A DNA stretch of 63,444 nucleotides, filler included, from Phoronis australis (taxonomy: Eukaryota; Animalia; Phoronida): NCBI GenBank assembly GCA_002633005.1. It is 7 parts of 7 records of this genome, joined end to end, with 100 filler letters (N's around TTAATTAATTAA, not from the genome) between each part and the next. Parts side by side here need not be neighbours in the genome. Positions count along the whole stretch, not along the records: positions 18,288 to 45,533 come from NMRA01000413.1; positions 45,634 to 51,760 come from NMRA01000416.1; 5 more parts are not named here. The stretch is one strand, 5' to 3'. Below, piece by piece: positions 38,901-50,962 of this stretch. Below the pieces are notes generated by a model. It saw only the letters and a list, made by a program, of their open reading frames with translations. It did no database searches and was not told where the DNA came from. The translations under genes and the position numbers were made by a program. Position 1 is the stretch's first letter; the number at the start of each line of letters is the position of its first letter.

Positions 38901-41900
38901 ACTGTCTTGCATTGTCTTTGATTTGGTTGGTCCCAGGAATCTGCTCAATGTTTTACCACTCTTCGACATGAAAGTCTTTTGTTAAGGTTGCATTTGCGTT
39001 TTAGTGCTCACTATTCAACCAACCAAAGCTCGAGTAGCTTGCTAAACTCACACAGCGTTCAAATACTGTCCAGTCAAAAGGCAGATCCAACGTCAGCTCC
39101 ACCGTCTGAAAAAATCACACCGGAACGCTCGTGTGATGTCGGTGTTCGGTACGTGTATGGCTTCTCATCATCCAACCTCTAACCAAACAGTAGAACAACA
39201 CAGCAGGTTGGACGCCTTTGTAAATGCCATTTTAGCGTCCCTAATAGGTCTTCGGATCCGACGTCCTATACACGTTTTCAAAATGTTCACATCGGAGCTC
39301 GGGATAGACAAAAACAATTTTCGTATTTCCAAACAATTTCGAGTAAAGCAGCTTTCCCTTTTCGCAGAGTTTGTTAATGCGTTTTGAATTAGACCTCTTT
39401 ATATCATTGGTTGGAGATGTCTACATTTTCGTTGATCGTACATTCATGCGCTGTGATGACGTATTTCCGGATTTTCTTGATGGTGATTTTGCCACATTTC
39501 ATTAGCTAAGACAGTATACCAAAACTCGTATTGAGAACGTATATTCATCCACATTCACGTTGTGGTGTTAGCCGGCGGATGTCCCAAAACCGAAAAACTA
39601 GTTCTTACAAGTAATTTTTAAATAAAAGGCCATTAACAATTCACTTATTCACATTTACTGCACCATTTTCAAGGGCAATGGGGCAGTTTTTGAAGACGTA
39701 TATTCGCAATGATCCGAGTAAATACCGTTCGAATGTCTAGCAAAACGGAAACCTACCGCACCCTTTTTGTGTGAGTTGACCGTAAGTCGAGCTGTTCGGC
39801 ATTTTGTTATGCTAAATGTCAGTGTTCTGTACACTTCTCGATTTGATATGTCGCTATGACCACTATACACGTATGTCTTAGTCATTCATGCACTTGCATC
39901 CAATGAGTTTGAGAACAAATTTGCATTAAATGTGTCAAATTATCCTCGTACTTGTGTTTTTTGTGATCAATACGATGTCACAAATGCATACATTTGTATA
40001 TCTCAAGATACCAATATTAGTTCATTATGACTGTCTTGGCGATGAAGCTCAGCCTAACTTTGCTAAGTTACATGACGTCAGAATATAGACTGTGGGAATT
40101 GCCTGAACAACTTACGTGCGTCAGAAAAGTCGTCGACGAGGATAATTTCTTTAAGAAGTCTCTTTGGCGATCTATCTATCACACTATGAACGGTTCGCAG
40201 CAACACGGACCAACCTTCGTTGACGAAACAGATGATGACACTAGTGGTAGGCAAACTACTTATGTCGTCTTTTGTGTAGTTCTTGCACCTTTAGTGGAAA
40301 ATTAAGAAAAATCTGTCAAAGTAAATGAAACTTGATTCGAATTCGGCTACATGTATCTCTCTTGCCTTAGCCACTCTGAAAGAAGTAATATAAGCCATTC
40401 AGATCTTTTATCTATGCAGCTGCTATAATATGGAATTCTTTTAGCCCAGAAATTAAACGGTCCAACTCAATTACTACCTTTAAAGTTAATGTTAAAAAAT
40501 GGCTGTAATTTACTTAACCTTTTATACCCTGCCTATCTTAATCATGTCATTTTTTCATTGTCGTAAATACTCTCATTGTCTAGAGTCATCTCTTAATTTA
40601 TTTCATCTGTCTTAGTTAATTTTTTACCATTATTTGTCATTTAGTTATTGTCTTAATTCTCAACCTTAACTGTTTTAATTGTATCTTTGTTACGTACATT
40701 TCATTGTTGTTTTATTACTTCATTGTATTATATTACTGTTTTTCTTGTTGAGGGCCCTCTTGGAAAGCAGTGCTATCACTGAAGAGGCCACCCTCATTTT
40801 AAATATCACAATAATAATAAAATATTAGAAACCAACTGTTTCCATGGAGTCATGTTTGCGAGTTCAACGTCTTATCTTTAAAGGTGCAGTTCATTTGCCT
40901 GTGTGACCTATATAAAAATACGTCGCAAAAGCAAATGAAATGCACCTGTGACATTTTTAACTGAAGCCAAATTTCTGAAACAAAGAATCATCCACTTAAT
41001 GGCTTTCGTGGTGTTTCGTTTAGAAATATATATGTGATCAAATTATCAAGATATTTGTTTTGATACATGCATGCCTGCATTATGAATTATCCAGGAGTAA
41101 AAAAGAAATACACCTACTTTTTAAGTGCAAGTTTACAACCGATTAGGATCAACGCGAATCACGTATGCTACTCTAAAACACACTGGGTACGATCAGTTTG
41201 GTATAAGTAAGCCAAAGTAATCGTTTTTCCCTTTTTTAATTTGTTGGAGTTTTGTAATGATTCCAATTAGATTGCTTATTTCATAGCATTTCACATAGAC
41301 TTGATTGCACAAAAATTTTATGCTTAAGCGATAAACTTCACGTATAGACTTGTGAGAGTCTTATTTCTGACAGCTTGTACCCTGACCATGAGTACAGGCC
41401 TACATACGCTTTGTCCCTCATGTCTGGTAGTTTTCTGTGGAGCGAGATGCGATCACTGACGTATGTGTTGAAACCACTGCTATTCCAACCACTTTCATAT
41501 TTTCTGCGTTCTTCTGCAGACAAATCTTTGGCGTTAATAACGACTGGTCGCCCATATTCACCTGGATGAGCAAAAGTAATGAACAGGTGAAACTGTAAGG
41601 TTCTCAAGAAATTGTGTTTGATTGATTCTACTTACTGCAACTGAGATACTTTCTCGTGTGATGTCAAACAACTCCAGGTACACCTGTATACAGTAGTATT
41701 TCGTGTGCCTTAGGCAGCAAAAGAAATATAAAATCACTTCTTTCACAACTTTGGGAATGAGTGAGGGTAGCAATTGTGTTTTGATGTGTTTGATATCATA
41801 AGTCATTGTATTTTTTAAAGCAAAATGCCCCCATGTTTTATTTTCAAAAAATTTAAGTTAAGGCACACCCACACGAGATCGGGCACAAGATCCTTTATAG

Positions 41901-42965
41901 AGCATGTTGCAACAATTTGCATTAAATCAATCCAACACTTATGTTAGGTGGGAAACTCTGGGCATTTCTAAGTGAACAAAAGAAAATCAATATCACCGTT
42001 TCATTAATTAAACAGTCTGACACTTGTGGAGGTTTTCGCAATCCAAAAGGAACATCTTCAACTTTCAGCCTGTTTGGATTCTTTACAGTGTTAATTGGAG
42101 TTTGGTTTTAAAGGAAAATATATTTTCCAAAAAGAAATCGATTGTATTGCCAATATTAAATGTAAAGAGAACTCGTGCCCAAATCCCCCCCTCCCCTTTA
42201 TTCCCCGTCAAACAACTTCAAACACCATGCTCCCCCATGCTGATTAGACCCGCCTCATGATTCTCCTACCGTCATGCCCCCCCAGGTCCGTGTCGTCCAA
42301 TGTTCCCCGCGCTTGGTGATCCATCCACTTATTAATCCAATTTGTGAGTGACATCTTATCGTGCCTCTGTCGTTGCCACTGCAGAGATTACATTATTACG
42401 TCATGTAATTTCGGTGATATTGCCCTTGAAATATTTACACAGAAACTGTTGCTAAGAGTTTTGATTTTTCAAATCCAGGACTTTGGCAGTTGCAGGAAGA
42501 GAACTTTGATAATGAAGCCGTCAAACATGAAATATAAAATATTGCCTAACCTGGTGCTGTACTTTCAACTCCAGATTTCCTCGAAATCTGTTTCTTATCT
42601 ACCACAGCATTTTGTAGTCCCCAACTTAGTGTTCGATCACGTTTCTCAGCATCTTTGGCAAATTGTTCAAACCCTTTTCTCACATTTCTTGCTCCTTCTA
42701 CAAAGTTCGAGTCATGAATCTGCTCTTTAACGAGCTTTCTGCGATATTCAATAATGGAAGATTCCTGCATTTTCTTTTTCAGCACAATATCATCTTGTTT
42801 CCACATCTTCAGATTGTGTGCAATCTCTTCATCTACCTTCACATCGTTCTTTTCTCTCTGTTTGTCTTCAACATTGAACAGCAACAAGACTATGACGATG
42901 AGCCATAAGACGGGCATGTACAGGACCAGCTTGGTTAAGAATCTGCTCCTCGCACTTCTCGCCAT
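26846..42965 (-). CDS. Polypeptide N-acetylgalactosaminyltransferase (GALNT; gly-5/pgant9-like), complete 11-exon gene, 642 aa
   Basis: Exons 42965-42551, 41561-41408, 40288-40116, 38806-38642, 38171-37952, 33501-33384, 32759-32571, 31833-31705, 29950-29846, 29387-29262 and 26980-26846. All are GT-AG and phase-consistent, summing to 1929 nt. Type II TM anchor, GT-A fold ([23 protein letters not shown]), Gal/GalNAc-T motif ([19 protein letters not shown]) and a three-repeat ricin lectin domain. Confidence 0.95.
29262..29387 (-). CDS. GALNT exon 10 (ricin beta repeat)
   Basis: [42 protein letters not shown]; AG/GT bounded. Confidence 0.93.
29846..29950 (-). CDS. GALNT exon 9 (ricin alpha repeat)
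   Basis: [35 protein letters not shown]; AG/GT bounded. Confidence 0.93.
30279..30990 (-). mobile_element. Kolobok-like element end with a frameshifted THAP domain (GALNT intron 8)
   Basis: [10 protein letters not shown]...HCFPKD... then, after a frameshift, VCGKHF...RLKKDAI (THAP C2CH signature). The ATG lies 230 bp inside a TTAA|AGGAGAAGG terminus (30994-30981, minus). The other end was not located. Confidence 0.75.
31705..31833 (-). CDS. GALNT exon 8
   Basis: [43 protein letters not shown]. Confidence 0.95.
32571..32759 (-). CDS. GALNT exon 7
   Basis: [21 protein letters not shown]...[18 protein letters not shown]. Confidence 0.95.
32880..33242 (+). repeat. Degenerate ~47-bp minisatellite, about 7 copies (GALNT intron 6)
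   Basis: Recurring gtcatacacaattag.tggaaggc.atgtcttacgtag.catggtaaa units. Confidence 0.8.
33384..33501 (-). CDS. GALNT exon 6
   Basis: [39 protein letters not shown]; this frame is missing from the ORF track. Confidence 0.95.
33659..35364 (+). mobile_element. Non-autonomous Kolobok-like DNA transposon with THAP remnant (GALNT intron 5)
   Basis: TTAA TSD at 33655-33658 and 35365-35368; 15-bp TIR A(A/G)GAGAATGCCACCC (14/15 match). Disrupted THAP at ~33830-34090: CIVPAC...[13 protein letters not shown]...LRVCGRHF. Confidence 0.88.
35765..36197. mobile_element. PIF/Harbinger-like MITE with CTG TSD
   Basis: ~40-bp imperfect TIR tgcc(g/c)ggttgcatgaaacagtcc...ctcaact; CTG on both flanks (35762-35764, 36198-36200). 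Confidence 0.9.
36819..36897 (+). repeat. 39-bp tandem duplication
   Basis: aaagcaggtggtcagatac(a/c)caatgtatgttatttaatc, two copies. Confidence 0.95.
37952..38171 (-). CDS. GALNT exon 5
   Basis: [32 protein letters not shown]...[11 protein letters not shown]...APVR. Confidence 0.95.
38642..38806 (-). CDS. GALNT exon 4 (DxH motif)
   Basis: [35 protein letters not shown]...[10 protein letters not shown]. Confidence 0.95.
40116..40288 (-). CDS. GALNT exon 3
   Basis: CKNY...[45 protein letters not shown]. Confidence 0.95.
40500..40822 (+). mobile_element. Probable LINE/SINE 3' end (T-rich 3' UTR, terminal stem-loop, short ATA-repeat tail)
   Basis: T-rich tract, then the nested hairpin GAGGG-CC-CTCTT-GGAAAG-CAGTG-CTAT-CACTG-AAGAG-GCCA-CCCTC, then aataataataaaa. 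Confidence 0.5.
41408..41561 (-). CDS. GALNT exon 2
   Basis: GEYGRPVVI...[22 protein letters not shown]. Confidence 0.95.
42551..42965 (-). CDS. GALNT exon 1 (cytoplasmic tail, TM anchor, stem)
   Basis: [30 protein letters not shown]; good initiation context (CACCATGG); its phase-1 donor matches exon 2. Confidence 0.9.
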
Positions 42966-45793
42966 GGTGGCTTGTGTATGACTGAGTGTATTAAATGTTG
43001 GCCGATACGAGTCGCTACATCAGTTGTGATTAACACATTTAACGAACACGTTCCGATATTACAAATCTATTTAGTTGACATTAAAACTTAGAATTTGCTG
43101 CAGTGAATTGATGGAAACGTTTAGGAAATCTCAATCTCTCTTAAACTACGGCAACGTGTTTTGAAAATAGATTTAAAAATCCGCTCAATAAGTCAGTGAT
43201 AAGAAATTGTCATATCTAGTGACCATGGTAATACGAGATCACCTAACCTCGCTCCGGCCAGCCACCAACGCCTGCAGTTGGTCTCGTACATTCCGAAAAT
43301 ACAGCCAAGCATCTGACTGTTTATTCTTCCTTATTTGGAAAGTCACGTGAAGTGACTTGAGTGATAGGCGTTGCATCAATGTTGTGATTGGCGAAGTGGC
43401 ATCAGCGCAGTATACGCTGATGGTAATATTGTAAATGTATTGGAGTTATCCAGCGTTCATCAACTTGGAATTAAAATTAAAATATACACATCACGACGAG
43501 GGACCAAACCATGCCCTTGTTGCAATGGCTCGACGTCATTCCTATGACAAATCATGAACCAGAATAGTTCAGAGCCATCTAGTCTCAGCTGGGTACTACC
43601 GGAGTTGCTAGTCTGTAGATCGCCCTAGAGGTAATATGTGCAGTAACATACGTGTATCAACTGTCATATCCGCATAAGTCTGGGGATAATCAATACTACA
43701 ACAGAATGCCGCTACTTGATCCCACCGATTACGTACATGTATGTGTTACGTCAGCGTTTGGCTAAAAAGAACTTATGAAAACGTAAATTCTGAACAATGT
43801 GAATCTATGAAAACTGACGATGCTCTTGTCTCGGTCATTTTATGTACTAGTACGGGTAATCTAGCTAAAATGTGTTAGGTAACGTGTGGCAATTTTATTT
43901 GCTCTTTGGTCTCAACTAGGGGGGCGAGTTGCAAATGGACGTTCAAGACCCTATTGACCGGAAACCTATATCGCAGCCAAATGAGGCCTGTGACCCCAAC
44001 ATGGACTTGCATGTGCCTGTTTTACAAAATGTTACGAATAGTCTCAATCTACGACAGTTTCTAACGTGGATATCTGTCCTGTGGCGGATCTATGGATGTT
44101 TTAAGATTGAACCTCCCAACAATAAATCACGTCTGAGCACTCATTTCACAATAAGAAATACTGGCGGATTGATACTCAGCTCGAGAGGAAACCGACTCCA
44201 ATTGCTAAAAGACGAAAGGTTGGGTTCATAACGTGAAATGATCGTGATAGAATCTGAGGGGTTACAAGAGACTATAAACTTGACATGCTTTTATCAGCGA
44301 TTTCAATAGTTCATTACCCACTCGGCTGAGGGGGCAATAAACATGATGATTACGCCTGGTCTTGCAATGGAACTACTTTTAACTGAATGGTGAGATGCCT
44401 TTCGGCGGCATTAAGTTTATACAATACAGCACTTTTTCGACATGTACGTTTAGTTAACGAAATATATAGAGAATTAGAAGATTCAGGAAAGTCGAGTCGC
44501 ATTATAATTACGTACATGTACCTGTCGTTTACAACGTTCGATCGCTCCCATATACTCTTTCTACAATTCGTTTTTAACGAACTCGAATACAGAACTTGTA
44601 ACACATGCGTGGTTGTGGATGGTATAATCACCAAATAACTACATGTATGTCGTCGTCGAACCGCCCTTCAGCATTGATCGTAATATGGTGGTCTTAAAAA
44701 GTTCACGATAATTCTCGTGAAAAAAGATGGAATTTTGACGCAGAAACTTTCAGTAAATTTTCAACAATTTTAGGGTCATTTTTGCGTCCAACTTCCTTCC
44801 TAATTTTCGCCATGACTTCCGACAAAAATCGTTAACTCTTGAAATTAGCGTCATTTTTCGTCCGATCTTCATTGGGATTTTCGCTTTACGACAAAATGCA
44901 TGTGGTTGAACACGGACGCCCGTCGCTTTCAATTTGAAACGGTAAAAAACGACGAAACTTTACACATCACATGTGCTCACGACCCACGAGAACGGATTAA
45001 TACTGTAGCACTGCGCAAATTAGACCGTCGTGGATTAATAAATTCCTGAAATTTGTTACTTTCTCAGGAATTTTAACTCATGTTTAAAGATATTCCACGC
45101 TAATTTCTGTGTATTTACTTTGAAATTATTAGTGTAAATTAAATTATTAACGGATATAAAATTCAAAACAAAGGAAACCGCTTTACCGCGTAGTAATACT
45201 ACAAATTACTTCAAACTCAGCTGATCTGACCGAAGCGACCTCAACTAAAACTTCACCGATATTTACGGAGAGAGCACATGCGGAGGTCAACATTTTATGA
45301 AGATTTCAGATCTTCTATTAGTTTAAACCCATCCGAAGAGCGAAAAAGTGAAAACAGACATGTTGTTTCGTCAGGCAACTCTTATCTTAACGCGATCAGC
45401 TAATATGTATTAGCGTGAAATCGCATGTTACCGGCCAAATAAAGGTATGTGGTTTACTGTTGTGTATTGGCAATGCTACTTGTGGTTTTCCTTAGAATAT
45501 AGTCACGTGGTATTTATGCCCACAAGCCACGTGNNNNNNNNNNNNNNNNNNNNNNNNNNNNNNNNNNNNNNNNNNNNTTAATTAATTAANNNNNNNNNNN
45601 NNNNNNNNNNNNNNNNNNNNNNNNNNNNNNNNNTATTTTACATAATGTATATTAAAAGTGAATCAAACATTGAGAATCATTAACATATTCTGCATCAAGT
45701 AGTAGTTAACATTTGATAACAGTTGAGCAACAGTTAGTTTCACATAATAAAAATGAATAAGTGTCTTGTTTTTGAAGTAATTAATATCTAAAG

Positions 45794-45980
45794 TCATTCA
45801 TTTGATTGTATGCTGGAGTACCAACCTAGACAAAACCATTCCACTTCAGAGGGAGGTGGATTGTCCTCAATAACATTTTCAAAATTGAAATGAAACCAGT
45901 CGTATCATCTGTCACATTGAATGGATGGTTGAATTCCCTCATCTGGGTCCTTGCATTCTAAGTCGCATACGGAACACAAG
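45794..45980 (-). pseudogene. Decayed C-terminal PHD finger, probably transposon-derived
   Basis: LCSVCDLECKDPDEGIQPSIQCDR*YDWFHFNF...EWFCLGW shows C4HC3 spacing with one Cys changed to a stop and two Cys substituted. Confidence 0.65.
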
Positions 45981-47397
45981 AATTGTTTCGAACTTGTTTT
46001 TGGCCCAGGCTTTGACGGTTTAGAGGAAAGCTTATGCTTTGCAATTTTTGCCAAACCAGGTTTCTTGGAATTCTACAAGTGATATAGTTTTTTTAATTGG
46101 AAAGTAAGGCATAGGAGACAAACAAGTATCTTTATCCTCAAATGTAGAAGATGTGATAGAATGCTTTTTGAGATGGTTGCAGAATTCTTGGAGATTTTTG
46201 AAAATACAATTCACTCCTTCTTTATAACAATACATAAATCTTCGCTTCCTATGATTGGACTGAATGCATTTCCTCAGGCTACCCTCATTAGTAAAACAGA
46301 ACGGTGTAAGTCAGAAAGCACGCTTGGCACTGAATCATTACAGAAAGTTTTTTTTTTACAATTTTGACTCTCATTTTGTGGATGGGTGTTTGAGATGGGA
46401 AGGCGAGTAATCTGGAATATGAGGCACAGTACTCATATACAATTTGTTTTAGTCCATTTCCTGGTTTCTGAATGATAACACAACATACAGGTGTTTAAAA
46501 AGTATGGTTTCCCTATAACAATAAATGACAGACAAGTGCAAAAGTGCACAAATAATATTTACAAATATTGTGACCAGCAAGCAGCACGTGATACATTATA
46601 TCCATGTTCGAAAATGCTAGTTTGTAACACAGAAGGACTGAAAGTAGAAAGCGTGAGTGAATTATTCTCAAAAGACAGTGGATGGAAATTCACCATCTGT
46701 CCACATGTAATATTTGCCATTCTTTTCTAAAAGTTTCACTCACACTCGTCTACAAGAACCGATGTAAAACACAGTTCACGAATCAAACAGTTTGGTATCG
46801 ACATGGGTTAACAGCACAGTTGATATGCGGACATGATTGGTGCATCTCCAACGTAAAGGGAGTAGATCACTTTCACGTGTTATTACCAAGCAGGCCCTTA
46901 GTAAGATACAGTCAACTATCACTTGTGTTAATGTTAACTAGTTATATCTTAAACCCCAGTTTAAATAAATTTTACAAATGATAGTCCACTCTTATCAAAA
47001 ATACAGTACAACCTGTGTGTGGACTGTAAAATACTGTGGCCAATTAAGTCATGTACAGTTATCACTGTTCCTCACAAGATCAAACGGCAGGCAATAAGTG
47101 GCCTAAATCACAATTTAGTTTTTTCAACAAACCCCGGACTTGGTAAGTGTAGGTATAGGTAAAGCACATCAGGGTGTGGGTAGATACAACAAAAGAGACA
47201 TTAGCACAAGTGCTACTTACAGATAGAATTACATGTTTAGAGAATTATTTACAGAGAGGTACACATAGAAGATACACATGCAAAAAACATACATTACTAT
47301 GTATACAAGCCTTAGTCAAAAACCTGTATGGTTGGGTTGTAAATTTACTTCCAGTGAATTCTACGAGTCTCTGTTAGCTACTCGCTGATGGGAAATT

Positions 47398-47478
47398 GCC
47401 CATTGGCTGAATGGTAAGCACACTTGCCAGTTTTATCAGGGTATTTATCAGGGTTGCGGTTCGATACCCTGCGGTTGG
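47398..47478 (+). other. tRNA-derived (SINE-head-like) fragment
   Basis: Pol III A-box-like TGGCTGAATGG (47404-47414) and B-box-like GGTTCGATACC (47458-47468); no proper cloverleaf. Confidence 0.4.
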
Positions 47479-47646
47479 ATAACTACAATTGCCAACGCGA
47501 TGCAAAAGACATGACACAACATCGAAACGGTTCTGGCACATTGTAATATCTTATTGATGCTGGCAATTTGTTCCAGAGGAACACTTCAATTGAGACGTAA
47601 TAATTCTATGGAATCTCCCTCATTCTCACTTGAGGATTTATTGCAG

Positions 47647-47889
47647 GTCAAGCGTCTGGAAGTCTACAAACAAATTTATGAGTTGCTGGAACACTTAAAA
47701 TAATTATGAAAATTAGGCCCAAAGTAATACTTAACCAACGGTTACTAAGTCTAAGCCAGGTTACAAAACAATTGTCAAGTGTCTGAAAGTCTACAACCAA
47801 ATTTATGAGTTACTGGAACACTTAAATAATATGAAAATTAGACCTAATACAAAACGAACGGTTACTAACTAAGCCAGGTTACAAAACAA
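47647..47889 (+). repeat. ~125-bp tandem duplication
   Basis: gtcaag.gtctg.aagtctacaa.caaatttatgagtt.ctggaacacttaaa...aagccaggttacaaaacaa, two copies. Confidence 0.9.
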
Positions 47890-48889
47890 CTGTGTGCTCT
47901 AGACCTTTAAACACGGAGCTGCAAATTAATGATAAATGACAAAATGAAATTATGCATTACTATGTAATTCAGCCTTTACAACTGTTATCTTGAACACGTT
48001 AAGAATTAGAAGGAATCACTAATTTTGTAATAGAAGACGCAAGGCAGTTAAATCTCGCTTGTATATTCGCTTTGAATCGCAGTCTGTTTCTGCACCAGCA
48101 AATGCCAGAATTAACCTGGTTCCCGGGCCTCACAAGCTGACGTCACGGATTGCTTGTGAAGGCCCAGGTACAGGGCACTAGAACGATGGTTTTCATTGGC
48201 TGTCAGCCGGCATGCTGACATCCGGTATTATGTTATCAGGTCACTAGGTGTCACGAGAGTAAACGTTATTTTTCGACTGGGTCGCGTTTGCGGTCGGGGG
48301 TAACTCTCTGGTGAGGTAGCTGTTTATATGTTGTGATATTACCAACAAACTGTAGTAAAATCATGTAAATATCGATTCCTTACTAGGAAAATATACCTGA
48401 ATTAACAATGGCTTCACTCTTTTGGCATTCTTTCAGTTTCTTTGTTTGAACGCTGTTTATGAATTGAAAATGGTCCTGAAATCCTGGATCCTTCCCTGCT
48501 GTAAGATCTTACTGCAGGGGATGATACAGCATTTTGAGTTAGGGGGTAGGGGTAAGGGCAGAGTAGTTTGCCCGTCAAACATTTGCACCCCTAAGCTGCC
48601 AAATGGAATCTGGGAGAAATTTAGGCAGGCCCGTCCATGGCCCCCTTGCCGCCTCCCCTCCCCACTATGCGTCTCTGTACAGTGTTACAGTAGATACTGC
48701 TGGCACCCAATTTCCACCACTTGGCAGCCTACACAGTATTCATCCCCTAGAACGCCACAATTTTCGACTCTCCAGGTAGCCACGATTCTCAAGCTACACC
48801 CCTCACCTCGTTGACATTCTAATTTTTTCTTCCCCATATCCCTTTTAAGGTGGGACCCCACACAGCTTGAGGGTCTTAAGTCATTCAGA

Positions 48890-49300
48890 TCACCTTGGGT
48901 ATATTTGGGGCCTCAAATTTCTCACTGGAGGTGAATTTAACCTGCGTGATCATCAAGAGGAGAATGATTGGCCATAAAGTTCGCGCATGCACTGAAAACA
49001 TTAAATTTCCAAGGGCATCCAGAACACCTCGGGTGTTTTTGTAACCTCAAATTTCACCTAATAGGTGAATGCTCTCTGCATGTGTGCGGACTTCAGTTTG
49101 CCTATAATTGTCAAGATTGAAAATCACGTGGCTTGCCATATTTTGGATAACTTTCATCTCCGAGAGGAGATTTGAGGCTACGAAAATACCCGAAGTGTTT
49201 CTACGAAAAATTTGTAAATGTAAATAGGGAAATAGCCGAGGTGCACCAGATGTTCCGAGGGTAAATTTGTAGCTACGAAAATACCCAAGAGGTGTTCCAA
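48890..49300. repeat. Foldback arrangement of ~33-bp units (two forward, two inverted)
   Basis: cacct(t/c)gggt.t.ttt...cctcaaattt at ~48891 and ~49025; atttg..gctacgaaaataccc at ~49170 and ~49263. Confidence 0.7.
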
Positions 49301-50962
49301 ATGGGCCATAATCTTTAGTTTTGTACATAATCGAGTACTACATGTAGAAGAATCTCCACCCATTTAGACAGTGGCTAAAAAAACATTATGTTTGTGGTCC
49401 GAGGTTTAGACTTAAATAAAATTGTAGCCTAATGTTTCAAATGCACAATCTTTTTATAAGAGCTAATGCTAACAAATGAATCCTTTCGTAGTAATTCTTG
49501 GACAGCTGTCTTTTTCACCCATTAAGCTTGAAGAAGTCGGCCAAGAGATTCCTGTTGTCAAAAATGAGTCTGGTGTCCAAGGTTTTACAAATACAGGTAT
49601 CGTATTAAAACCCCTTTTGCAGTAGGGAAAAGGTACCATTTCCCGTGTTTTTAACTTCCAGAGTGAAACTCGTTGTATTCATGGGAAAAAATTGCTTTGG
49701 TAGGGCTTTTTCAAGCACCATTTTGAAGAGAAATTGTTTTAATGAGAAAAATCACCCAGTTGAGTGTTGTGTCTTGTATAAACCTATGGGAGTACCCCCT
49801 TGGAATGGTTTTAGGAGGGTGCTATGAAAGCTCAAGGATGGTGGAATGAACCCTATCCCTATACATAACTATGTGCGTTGAACATCTTGGAAAGTACAAG
49901 CACAATTGTTGATTTCAGAATGCGCTTATCAGATGGTGTCTTGTAACTTCCAGATTTCCTTCGAATTAAATCCCTTTAAATTGCTATAAATGGGTCTTAT
50001 GTGAAAAAGAATAAATTTTGATCTGAACAACTTACCACTATATACTGGAATTGAAATGACAATAAAAGGAAATTTTTCCAGGTGATTTATCATTTCACAA
50101 ATAGGCTTGAATGTGTGATAAAAATATTTTTGTGTTGTAAAATTAAACTGAAATAAATGTTTTTGCATGAATCAAGCCAAAAATGATGATAAAAAGAAGC
50201 TGGAAATCAAATAAAAGGAAATAAAAACAAACAAGGAAAATTCCAGGCCCTGTATATATCCCTGTCTCAACTTGTTCCTTAGTGGACTTGGAAGAATTCA
50301 AACTTTGTTATTGCTCAAAGCCATGGTTATTGCACCAGGTCTTAAGCAATAACAAACTATCCGTTCAACCGAAGCCAATATACCACATGTAATGTCAGTA
50401 AGGAACAGTACAAGATTAAGAGTCTAATCACAAGCACACACATGAAGATTAACATCAGACACTAGTATCCAAATCCAATGCCAATCTTCATGGGAGTGCT
50501 TGTGATTTTTGCCAGTAATTTGGTCAAAAAACAACATTGTTTGTACCAGACCAATCTTATGTTCTTACACGACGGTTCTAAAAAGAGTTTGGGTAAAAAG
50601 CAGCTTGAAAAATGGTACAATTTGTGGATAAGGAATGTCAAAAGGGTTCATTTTTCAACTGTTTAGTACTTGGAGGCTCTGCATGAAAAGGGGACAGGGA
50701 CAGGGAAGCTAGGCAAGAACAAAATGGAATGAATTTCTATCAGGGGAAGGGTTTGCAATGAGGATGGGATAGCCCTGTTGTGCGCCCACGGCTATGTTAA
50801 TGCCCAGACTTAGTACTTCAGTCTATTGCTAAACTAAACCATATTTGTAATCAATACATCAGAAAAATAAAGTTCCCGATGCTTAGATAAATTTCTTGGC
50901 ATTTTGTGTGTTTTGTAGCTTATGAGTATACTATTTCTAGGAACACATTAATGATGTCAACG

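Noticed and set aside
40762-40795. GAAA...CTGAAGA as a hammerhead ribozyme
   Set aside because: Stem II cannot close next to GAAA and no cleavage triplet fits between stems III and I. A simple nested hairpin fits better.
49480-50630. Possible small minus-strand exons downstream of the ribozyme
   Set aside because: Some AG-preceded short frames exist, but they could not be chained into a phase-consistent, recognisable protein.
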